Source of the DNA: Lingula anatina
Taxonomy: Eukaryota; Animalia; Brachiopoda
Reading direction: 5' to 3'
Length of the DNA: 64,000 bases
Assembly: GCA_051362555.1 (NCBI GenBank)
Contig: CM120644.1
Coordinates: 2,798,954 to 2,862,953, forward strand
The position numbers and the translations under genes were made by a program. Every line of letters begins with the position of its first letter. Position 1 is the stretch's first letter. Positions 12,403 through 24,100 of this stretch are shown piece after piece. The notes under the pieces are model-generated. The model had not been told where the DNA came from. It worked only from the letters and a program-made list of their open reading frames with translations, and did no database searches.

Positions 12403-14284
12403 AAGGGAAGAATGCAAATCCTCCTTCAAATTAATTTTTTATTGGGGGTATGGGGTATGGGTATGCCTCAGAATTTGTATTTTCCTTATATTTAAGGTTT
12501 AAATTCACATTTGTTATCAGAAGTTTGTTGCAGTCTGGTTTTAAACAGACTTTTATTGAAGTATCCAACAAAGTACCATGTTAAATTGGTCCTGTTATAT
12601 TTGCTCCCATTAACCATTGCAAGTTAACAGGTACAAATTTCAGGCAAGGATGGACAGAATGCAAAGTACTGATCGAAAATGTAGCATAATCAGATTGAAC
12701 ATCATCCATCTGATCATCAAGTCTGTACAAGTTTATGGACATTTTAATTTTTTTTCCAAACATTTATGAGAAAATTCATATTTATAAGTTGAACAAAATT
12801 CTAAGTTTTATTGAAAAATAATTGAGGAATCTGCATCAGAAACATATTATTAATATTATCATTGATTAAACGTGATACGACTTTGGTGTTACATTAATAA
12901 ATATGAAATTCTATTGTAAACTGTTATTGCAAGTTTTAAAACGAAATTCAAAATGTGTAAATAATTTAACATGGCCTGACAGTAGAAATAACTTTCAGGG
13001 TATACTGTACAAATCTAGTTAGTACATGAAATATTGGAACAATAATCTTTCCAACATCTCTTAATCAACCAAGGGAAAAAACCTTCGTAGAAATAAAAAA
13101 AAATTATAGGTTCTTCTCTGTTTGGGGGTCACCATGTAATACAACAATGACATTGATAGTGCTGATTATAGAGATAGTACTAATTATAGTACGTGTATTA
13201 AGACATCTTTAAAATTGTGCTGATAATTAAGCGTGACTAACTTTAAATGCACACCAAAAGTTGAACACCACAGATTTTGATTGGTATAACTGAGCAAGGG
13301 AACTATTGTATTTACAAATGTGATAAAAATACTTCAGGTTATCTATGATTTAGCGGGAGAGGGTCACGTTTCTGACTTCCAGAAGTAGCAGAGTCCCTTG
13401 GCCTGTGTGAATTAGGAGGTCAATGTTAATTGACATTGGTAACACGAAAGTATTCCTCAACTCTCCTCAGCGGTAGTTTTACTGCATCTGTGCCATCGAT
13501 AGCGTGTCTGCTAACTTTGACAAACATCACTGAACATTTTGAATGATTCTCAGGCATGTTACAGACTCCATATATTTCAGTGGGCATAAATTCTACATGA
13601 CTGCAATATGTTGAAATAATCCAAAACCAATATATAACTTGCATAAGGCAAAGAGTATAAGCAAATCAGATGAGAAAAACATTTTTTTTTATTTGCACTG
13701 TTGAAAAAAATAAGAGGTTTGCAAACATGGATTGCATAAAACTGGAAAACTGTAACAACTTATTCATATGTTTGTGCATTTGATTGTTTTTCTGTTGTAA
13801 TAAAGATTTTTTTTGCATTCGCACAAGTAGACCTACTGCTATCAGGATATACTAGAGAATGAAGTTTACTTAAAATCCTTTAAAGAATGTACAGTAAAAA
13901 AAATGAAATTCTATATCCATGCAGGTTTAATTTTCATATCTCAAATTTCAGGATTTTATTATCATGATTACTATTTTATACTAGTATATAGTTCTAGTTT
14001 GTTAAACTTATCCTGAAGAAAAAAAAGATTTTCAAAATTAAAAATCAGTATTGAAATAAATAAATAAAAAAGCACAAGCCTGCCACACTGTCACTAAATT
14101 TTTACGTATTTTATTTATGCTTATAATTTTATTCTAATGCATTATAAACACTATGTGAAAATTATATTTAAAGAAAAAAAAATTTGAAGAAAGTTTTCAC
14201 CAGAATTCATACAGAGCTGTGGCACTGCCCTAAAAATCTGTCTATGGGATGTTAGTGCTGGAAGGTCCATACACTGATGTATTA

Positions 14285-14480
14285 ATATTACTGCATGAAA
14301 ATATGAAACAACATTGAAGGAAAAAAGAAAATTTGAAACAACATTGAATGAAAAAATAATTGCATGAAAGAATTGCATGAAAAATACTGCAAGAAAATAT
14401 GAGACAACATTGAATGGAAAAAAGAATATTGCATGAATATGAAACATTGAATAACAAAAATTTGAATAATGAAAAATATA
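14285..14480. repeat. Degenerate short tandem repeats (GCATGAAAATATGAAACAACATTGAA-like), possibly subterminal repeats of an old DNA transposon
   Basis: TGCATGAAA and GAAACAACATTGAA motifs are each repeated 4-5 times. Confidence 0.6.
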
Positions 14481-14699
14481 GCGGCAGACCCTCAACGCTG
14501 TTATACCCCATTGGCAAATTACACATATCATGCCAATAGGTTATATAGCGTCATTAGCGATGACCTATAAATTTATATACGACCTTCACATGCGCAATGC
14601 AAGTGCGTGGTGGACCTTAGACTTGAGTCTTGGAACTAACGTCGACCGACTGCAAAATTCTAAAATTCATAAGATAAGCATAAGTATTGAATATTCTAT

Positions 14700-15700
14700 G
14701 ATTTATTCTGAATTGGAGCAACTTCATTTTCTTGTGATCTGTTTCTTAAATGTTAGTTCCCGATTATCAGTACTCATGAAAGGTTTTTTTAAAAATATGT
14801 CTGCACCTTTATCTGGTCATAATATAGGCCTATGGCTTTGGAGGATTTTTTTGGGAAAAAATATCTGGACTTGTTTAATTTGTTTAATATGGTAACTTGT
14901 TTAATTGAGTCAATTATTTCTTGGATTGATATGCTCAATTTCCTTCCATGGGAAGAGATAGCCATTCAGATTGTAAGCTCTTTTGGATGCTGAATTAGCC
15001 CAGAAAGTTAGTGTTAAGGTTGATTTTTGTTGAGTTCCTCTAGACAGAGGGGGTTTCAAATGTCATTTATAATATCATTGAAGTAAAAAAAAAAAATTTT
15101 TACACCATCTTTTATGGAAAATGGTTTTTCAATTTCTTTCAATTTTTGAGTTTTGACATAATGGTTGTGATAGGATTTCATCTGGAGTTAAATTGAATTT
15201 TTTTCTGAATTTCACTCAAAGAACCAATGATCTTTGCCAAAAGGGATAAGAAGTTGCTTTTAGTATTTTTAATTCACCTTTTGTTACTACCGAGTCCTGA
15301 CATTTCGCCGAAAAAAAACGCTCTCCACTTACTCTTTTTTTTTCTTTATAAAGAAGTCTTTTAAGCCATGTAAAGTTTAGGGCCTTGGTAAAATTTTTAT
15401 TCGGGGTACCTTTTACCGTCAATTTTTGTAATCAGACGCCATCCTTGGTCATTTTATTTTGTATCTTTTTCCATTCCTGATAAAGTTAAATATGATATGC
15501 ATATTTTAAGTATTGAGGGAGGGGGGGGGGGGGGGGCTGGTAGGAGAGTTTATAAATGCACTACGTAAGATGAGAAATACTAAAGGTTTAACCACTGTTC
15601 ACTTTCCTATAATTGAAAGGTTTCTCAGAGAAAGTTTTTTCACATTGTATTTTGTCAATTTCTATTCTCTACCAAGTAACTTAAATACACCTTCATGGTT
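14700..15700 (-). mobile_element. Degraded Tx1/L1-clade LINE ORF2 fragment (post-RT region); repeated in each array unit, truncated in S units
   Basis: Minus-strand translation gives FKLLG..., RNLSIIGK*TVVKPL, FNFIRNGKRYKIK*...DYKN, KALNFTWLKRLL and QNSKI...KTIFHKRW, in the order typical of Tx1/L1 ORF2. Confidence 0.7.
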
Positions 15701-15953
15701 TTTTTTTTTTTTTTTTTTTTTTGAGAACAGACGAAAATCGGTGCGCGCGAAGGATGCCATCCATAAAAATAAAAAAGTGTGTCCTTATATATAAAATAAA
15801 AACAATGGGGCAATAAGTCTATGTGTATTGAAGCTTTACTCTAATGTTTTCAGCCTAAATACTGTAACGATTTTACATAGCTTTAATTCATGGAAAAATT
15901 ACTGCATTAAGCTATAGCCTTTTGTTTACATTCGGCTAGTGTGTTGTTGAACT

Positions 15954-18115
15954 TTGAACCTTAAGTTGGTACAAAACCGATTTCAAGAAAAGCGCACTAC
16001 AAGCTCCTATCTATCAGAGCTAGAGAATAGAAAGTTTAGTTCAAGAGAGAAACTGCCAGAGTACATCTCCGATATTAGAAAGTTGTTAAAAGGTTACCCG
16101 ACGGCTGACTGCACCACCAGTGAGACGATTGCATTGAGCCACTTTATAAAAAAAATGCCAGACCATCAAGCCGCCGTGGCAGTGGGCATGAAAACGCCCA
16201 AAAATCTAGATTAAGCAAGGGAGGCCCTTGAAATGTACAACAGTCGAAGAGAAGAGACAGTGAAAAGACCAAGCGTTAGGGCAGCGAATCCAGAGGCTGT
16301 CGTAACAGAAAGTCAGCTACACCAGCTTGAAAAGAAGTTTGACAAGAAGCTAGAATTAAAGAACTGATAAAGAAAGAGAAAGCAAAAGACACGAAAAGTC
16401 CTCCACCTCCCAAGTCAGAAAATTGGAACAAGGCAGCAAAGCTGTCAAATGTACAGACAAAAAGCAGGAAATAACTATGCACAAAATAGGCTACTGTCAA
16501 TTCTGGTGCAAAAGTACATTATGTTAAACTGCAAATTCAACATCAAATTTTAATTATGCTCAGCAGGTAATACCAATGTAAGTAAAATGTGTAACAAGCA
16601 TAAGGCTTCAGGGCCATATGGGAGTTCAAGTTCACACTTTGAAAATGTATAACTTCCTGAAAAAGAAGCCAATAAGACTCCTTTTCCAACTCGGGCTGCA
16701 TGCCGATTTTCAAACTTGACCTGTGTTTAAGTAACATCTATTTCTCCTGTGAGTTTCATGACAACAGGCCTATCGGTTTTTCCTTGAAATGTGTTAACAG
16801 TGTTGCATATATGCTGAAAAGTGAAAAAAAAAAACAGCATGACTTCTACAATAATGGCCCGATCATGCTGATTTTCTAACTTGACCTGCGTTTTACGAAT
16901 ATTCATCAGCTCTGTAAATATAAAGCCAAAAAGTAAAACTGCCTTCCACTTATCGTGTTTACAATGAAAGTGCACTTCGCCGGTGACGGCGGTGACGGCG
17001 ACGACAGACGCAGGTGATGGCAATATGTACAGACACATCTGTGTCTGTACATAAAAACAACGTAGAGTGTTTCAAGTGCCATAGATATGAGCATCTGACA
17101 AGAGAATGCAAGGCACCTGTGAAAGAGGCTCCGCATGTAAACAACCAGGGAAACTGAGAAGGGGCATTCCAGCCGGTCAGAATGAACCCCTAAAAACACC
17201 TGTTGACAGTGGCATTGAAACTGTCTGCTGTAGAAATGCTAGTGTTTCTTGGCCAGTGAAGATTCAGGGCCAAGAAGTAAACTTTATGTAGACACTGGTG
17301 CGTCAAAAACAATTATATCATCCCACATTTATGAACAAATTCCTCATGACTTTAGACTGAACTGAAAAAGGCTAATAGAAAATTGCAGGTTGCAGACAGT
17401 AGAAACATTGAAATTGAAGGCCACGTGGAAATAAAATTTCAATCTGGTGAAGAAGTGTTTGTATGGGACATGCTTGTAGCAAAAAAAGGACTTCCTGTGC
17501 CATCATGATTTTTCACTGGGTGTGAACGGGCTGAAACTTATTGGGAAGAGAGTGGCTTGTTTAGTTGAGAAGGAACCAAAGCATGCCTTTAGAGTGGCAG
17601 TGACTAATGATGTTATTATTCCTGCAAACAATGAGTTGATCATAGAAGGGAGAGTTGATTCTAGCAAAATAAAATCAGGATTGAGACAGGTAGAGGAAAT
17701 TCCAGAGAATCAAGTGATTTTCTGATCGGACATGTGCTAGTTGATCCTTTCAAAAGAGACAATAAAATACCTGTCAGACTCCTTAACCCTTCTAATGAAG
17801 ACATTTCTTTTGAAAGACACCTGCATTGCTCATTTACATGAGGTAGACCATGTGATTGGTGATAAACTTGCAGACTTAACCCCTGGTAAACCAAAGCCAG
17901 ACTTAACCCTTCATAACCCAGAATTGCCTGAGTACCTGGCTGGCCTCTATAAAGAGTCAGGTAAGAATTTGACTGACTTTGAAAGATTTGAATTAAAGAA
18001 ACTCCTGCAGAAGCACAGTGAAGTTTTTGCCAAGTCTTCCAGTGACATGGGTCACACATCTATCGTAAAGCATAAGATCGTCACAGGTGATGCAAGACCC
18101 ATAAAACAGCAGCCC
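15954..18115 (+). mobile_element. Gypsy gag C-terminal half, protease and RT N-terminus fragment (array unit 1; repeated in all units)
   Basis: Gag-like RFQEKRT..YLSELENRK..EYISDIRKL; knuckle CFKCHRYEHLTREC after 17058; protease VDTGASKTIIS at 17288; VFAKSSSDMGHTSIVKHKIVTGDARPIKQQP. Stops and frameshifts present. Confidence 0.9.
16427..17057 (-). mobile_element. Complete 631-bp HINE inserted in gag; further copies at ~19742-20370, 22229-22859, 25541-26169, 28029-28658, 31338-31965, 33823-34452, 37133-37762
   Basis: Same termini as the 2815-5171 element. Removing it restores gag ...SENWKNNVECFKC. Inserted in an A-run (TT on the minus strand) with no distinct TSD, as expected for Helentrons. 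Confidence 0.85.
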
Positions 18116-21100
18116 TACCTACACCTTTATCTGGTCATAATATAGGCCTATGGCTTTGGAGGATTTTTTTGGGAAAAAATATCTGGACTTGTTTAATTTG
18201 TTTAATATGGTAACTTGTTTAATTGAGTCAATTATTTCTTGGATTGATATGCTCAATTTCCTTCCATGGGAAGAGATAGCCATTCAGATTTTAAGCTCTT
18301 TTGGATGCTGAATTAGCCCAGAAAGTTAGTGTTAAGGTTGATTTTTGTTGAGTTCCTCTAGACAGAGGGGGTTTCAAATGTCATTTATAATATCATTGAA
18401 GTAAAAAAAAAAAAATTTTACACCATCTTTTATGGAAAATGGTTTTTCAATTTCTTTCAATTTTTGAGTTTTGACATAATGGTTGTGATAGGATTTAATC
18501 TGGAGTTAAATTGAATTTTTTTCTGAATTTCACTCAAAGAACCAATGATCTTTGCCAAAAGGGATAAGAAGTTGCTTTTAGTATTTTTAATTCACCTTTT
18601 GTTACTACCGAGTCCTGACATTTCGCCGAAAAAAAAACGCTCTCCACTTACTCTTTTTTTTTCTTTATAAAGAAGTCTTTTAAGCCATGTAAAGTTTAGG
18701 GCCTTGGTAAAATTTTTATTCGGGGTACCTTTTACCGTCAATTTTTGTAATCAGACGCCATCCTTGGTCATTTTATTTTGTATCTTTTCCCATTCCTGAT
18801 AAAGTTAAATATGATATGCATATTTTAAGTATTGAGGGAGGGGGGGGCTGGTAGGAGAGTTTATAAATGCACTACGTAAGATGAGAAATACTAAAGGTTT
18901 AACCACTGTTCACTTTCCTATAATTGAAAGGTTTCTCAGAGAAAGTTTTTTCACATTGTATTTTGTCAATTTCTATTCTCTACCAAGTAACTTAAATACA
19001 CCTTCATGGTTTTTTTTTTTTTTTTTTTTTTTTTTTTGAGAACAGACGAAAATCGGTGCGCGCGAAGGATGCCATCCATAAAAATAAAAAAGTGTGTCCT
19101 TATATATAAAATAAAAACAATGGGGCAATAAGTCTATGTGTATTGAAGCTTTACTCTAATGTTTTCAGCCTAAATACTGTAACGATTTTACATAGCTTTA
19201 ATTCATGGAAAAATTACTGCATTAAGCTATAGCCTTTTGTTTACATTCGGCTAGTGTGTTGTTGAACTTTGAACCTTAAGTTGGTACAAAACCGATTTCA
19301 AGAAAAGCGCACTACAAGCTCCTATCTATCAGAGCTAGAGAATAGAAAGTTTAGTTCAAGAGAGAAACTGCCAGAGTACATCTCCGATATTAGAAAGTTG
19401 TTAAAAGGTTACCCGACGGCTGACTGCACCACCAGTGAGACGATTGCATTGAGCCACTTTATAAAAAAAATGCCAGACCATCAAGCCGCCGTGGCAGTGG
19501 GCATGAAAACGCCCAAAAATCTAGATTAAGCAAGGGAGGCCCTTGAAATGTACAACAGTCGAAGAGAAGAGACAGTGAAAAGACCAAGCGTTAGGGCAGC
19601 GAATCCAGAGGCTGTCGTAACAGAAAGTCAGCTACACCAGCTTGAAAAGAAGTTTGACAAGAAGCTAGAATTAAAGAATTGATAAAGAAAGAGAAAGCAA
19701 AAGACACGAAAAGTCCTCCACCTCCCAAGTCAGAAAATTGGAACAAGGCAGCAAAGCTGTCAAATGTACAGACAAAAAGCAGGAAATAACTATGCACAAA
19801 ATAGGCTACTGTCAATTCTGGTGCAAAAGTACATTATGTTAAACTGCAAATTCAACATCAAATTTTAATTATGCTCAGCAGGTAATACCAATGTAAGTAA
19901 AATGTGTAACAAGCATAAGGCTTCAGGGCCATATGGGAGTTCAAGTTCACACTTTGAAAATGTATAACTTCCTGAAAAAGAAGCCAATAAGACTCCTTTT
20001 CCAACTCGGGCTGCATGCCGATTTTCAAACTTGACCTGTGTTTAAGTAACATCTATTTCTCCTGTGAGTTTCATGACAACAGGCCTATCGGTTTTTCCTT
20101 GAAATGTGTTAACAGTGTTGCATATATGCTGAAAAGTGAGAAAAAAACAGCATGACTTCTACAATAATGGCCCGATCATGCTGATTTTCTAACTTGACCT
20201 GCGTTTTACGAATATTCATCAGCTCTGTAAATATAAAGCCAAAAAGTAAAACTGCCTTCCACTTATCGTGTTTACAATGAAAGTGCACTTCGCCAGTGAC
20301 GGCGGTGACGGCGACGACAGACGCAGGTGATGGCAATATGTACAGACACATCTGTGTCTGTACATAAAAACAACGTAGAGTGTTTCAAGTGCCATAGATA
20401 TGAGCATCTGACAAGAGAATGCAAGGCACCTGTGAAAGAGGCTCCGCATGTAAACAACCAGGGAAACTGAGAAGGGGCATTCCAGCCGGTCAGAATGAAC
20501 CCCTAAAAACACCTGTTGACAGTGGCATTGAAACTGTCTGCTGTAGAAATGCTAGTGTTTCTTGGCCAGTGAAGATTCAGGGCCAAGAAGTAAACTTTAT
20601 GTAGACACTGGTGCGTCAAAAACAATTATATCATCCCACATTTATGAACAAATTCCTCATGACTTTAGACTGAACTGAAAAAGGCTAATAGAAAATTGCA
20701 GGTTGCAGACAGTAGAAACATTGAAATTGAAGGCCACGTGGAAATAAAATTTCAATCTGGTGAAGAAGTGTTTGTATGGGACATGCTTGTAGCAAAAAAA
20801 GGACTTCCTGTGCCATCATGATTTTTCACTGGGTGTGAACGGGCTGAAACTTATTGGGAAGAGAGTGGCTTGTTTAGTTGAGAAGGAACCAAAGCATGCC
20901 TTTAGAGTGGCAGTGACTAATGATGTTATTATTCCTGCAAACAATGAGTTGATCATAGAAGGGAGAGTTGATTCTAGCAAAATAAAATCAGGATTGAGAC
21001 AGGTAGAGGAAATTCCAGAGAATCAAGTGATTTTCTGATCGGACATGTGCTAGTTGATCCTTTCAAAAGAGACAATAAAATACCTGTCAGACTCCTTAAC

Positions 21101-24100
21101 CCTTCTAATGAAGACATTTCTTTTGAAAGACACCTGCATTGCTCATTTACATGAGGTAGACCATGTGATTGGTGATAAACTTGCAGACTTAACCCCTGGT
21201 AAACCAAAGCCAGACTTAACCCTTCATAACCCAGAATTGCCTGAGTACCTGGCTGGCCTCTATAAAGAGTCAGGTAAGAATTTGACTGACTTTGAAAGAT
21301 TTGAATTAAAGAAACTCCTGCAGAAGCACAGTGAAGTTTTTGCCAAGTCTTCCAGTGACATGGGTCACACATCTATCGTAAAGCATAAGATCGTCACAGG
21401 TGATGCAAGACCCATAAAACAGCAGCCCTACCTACACCTTTATCTGGTCATAATATAGGCCTATGGCTTTGGAGGATTTTTTTGGGAAAAAATATCTGGA
21501 CTTGTTTAATTTGTTTAATATGGTAACTTGTTTAATTGAGTCAATTATTTCTTGGATTGATATGCTCAATTTCCTTCCATGGGAAGAGATAGCCATTCAG
21601 ATTTTAAGCTCTTTTGGATGCTGAATTAGCCCAGAAAGTTAGTGTTAAGGTTGATTTTTGTTGAGTTCCTCTAGACAGAGGGGGTTTCAAATGTCATTTA
21701 TAATATCATTGAAGTAAAAAAAAAAACATTTTTACACCATCTTTTATGGAAAATGGTTTTTCAATTTCTTTCAATTTTTGAGTTTTGACATAATGGTTGT
21801 GATAGGATTTCATCTGGAGTTAAATTGAATTTTTTTCTGAATTTCACTCAAAGAACCAATGATCTTTGCCAAAAGGGATAAGAAGTTGCTTTTAGTATTT
21901 TTAATTCACCTTTTGTTACTACCGAGTCCTGACATTTCGCCGAAAAAAAAACGCTCTCCACTTACTCTTTTTTTTTATTAATAAAGAAGTCTTTTAAGCC
22001 CAAAAATCTAGATTAAGCAAGGGAGGCCCTTGAAATGTACAACAGTCGAAGAGAAGAGACAGTGAAAAGACCAAGCGTTAGGGCAGCGAATCCAGAGGCT
22101 GTCGTAACAGAAAGTCAGCTACACCAGCTTGAAAAGAAGTTTGACAAGAAGCTAGAATTAAAGAATTGATAAAGAAAGAGAAAGCAAAAGACACGAAAAG
22201 TCCTCCACCTCCCAAGTCAGAAAATTGGAACAAGGCAGCAAAGCTGTCAAATGTACAGACAAAAAGCAGGAAATAACTATGCACAAAATAGGCTACTGTC
22301 AATTCTGGTGCAAAAGTACATTATGTTAAACTGCAAATTCAACATCAAATTTTAATTATGCTCAGCAGGTAATACCAATTTAAGTAAAATGTGTAACAAG
22401 CATAAGGCTTCAGGGCCATATGGGAGTTCAAGTTCACACTTTGAAAATGTATAACTTCCTGAAAAAGAAGCCAATAAGACTCCTTTTCCAACTCGGGCTG
22501 CATGCCGATTTTCAAACTTGACCTGTGTTTAAGTAACATCTATTTCTCCTGTGAGTTTCATGACAACAGGCCTATCGGTTTTTCCTTGAAATGTGTTAAC
22601 AGTGTTGCATATATGCTGAAAAGTGAAAAAAAAAAACAGCATGACTTCTACAATAATGGCCCGATCATGCTGATTTTCTAACTTGACCTGCGTTTTACGA
22701 ATATTCATCAGCTCTGTAAATATAAAGCCAAAAAGTAAAACTGCCTTCCACTTATCGTGTTTACAATGAAAGTGCACTTCGCCGGTGACGGCGGTGACGG
22801 CGACGACAGACGCAGGTGATGGCAATATGTACAGACACATCTGTGTCTGTACATAAAAACAACGTAGAGTGTTTCAAGTGCCATAGATATGAGCATCTGA
22901 CAAGAGAATGCAAGGCACCTGTGAAAGAGGCTCCGCATGTAAACAACCAGGGAAACTGAGAAGGGGCATTCCAGCCGGTCAGAATGAACCCCTAAAAACA
23001 CCTGTTGACAGTGGCATTGAAACTGTCTGCTGTAGAAATGCTAGTGTTTCTTGGCCAGTGAAGATTCAGGGCCAAGAAGTAAACTTTATGTAGACACTGG
23101 TGCGTCAAAAACAATTATATCATCCCACATTTATGAACAAATTCCTCATGACTTTAGACTGAACTGAAAAAGGCTAATAGAAAATTGCAGGTTGCAGACA
23201 GTAGAAACATTGAAATTGAAGGCCACGTGGAAATAAAATTTCAATCTGGTGAAGAAGTGTTTGTATGGGACATGCTTGTAGCAAAAAAAGGACTTCCTGT
23301 GCCATCATGATTTTTCACTGGGTGTGAACGGGCTGAAACTTATTGGGAAGAGAGTGGCTTGTTTAGTTGAGAAGGAACCAAAGCATGCCTTTAGAGTGGC
23401 AGTGACTAATGATGTTATTATTCCTGCAAACAATGAGTTGATCATAGAAGGGAGAGTTGATTCTAGCAAAATAAAATCAGGATTGAGACAGGTAGAGGAA
23501 ATTCCAGAGAATCAAGTGATTTTCTGATCGGACATGTGCTAGTTGATCCTTTCAAAAGAGACAATAAAATACCTGTCAGACTCCTTAACCCTTCTAATGA
23601 AGACATTTCTTTTGAAAGACACCTGCATTGCTCATTTACATGAGGTAGACCATGTGATTGGTGATAAACTTGCAGACTTAACCCCTGGTAAACCAAAGCC
23701 AGACTTAACCCTTCATAACCCAGAATTGCCTGAGTACCTGGCTGGCCTCTATAAAGAGTCAGGTAAGAATTTGACTGACTTTGAAAGATTTGAATTAAAG
23801 AAACTCCTGCAGAAGCACAGTGAAGTTTTTGCCAAGTCTTCCAGTGACATGGGTCACACATCTATCGTAAAGCATAAGATCGTCACAGGTGATGCAAGAC
23901 CCATAAAACAGCAGCCCTACCTACACCTTTATCTGGTCATAATATAGGCCTATGGCTTTGGAGGATTTTTTTGGGAAAAAATATCTGGACTTGTTTAATT
24001 TGTTTAATATGGTAACTTGTTTAATTGAGTCAATTATTTCTTGGATTGATATGCTCAATTTCCTTCCATGGGAAGAGATAGCCACTCAGATTTTAAGCTC

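Noticed and set aside
17741-18145. 134-aa ORF repeated in every array unit as an amplified functional gene
   Set aside because: It starts at a non-ATG codon in a frameshifted protease-RT linker and ends in junction filler plus antisense LINE sequence. Identity between copies reflects recent duplication, not selection.
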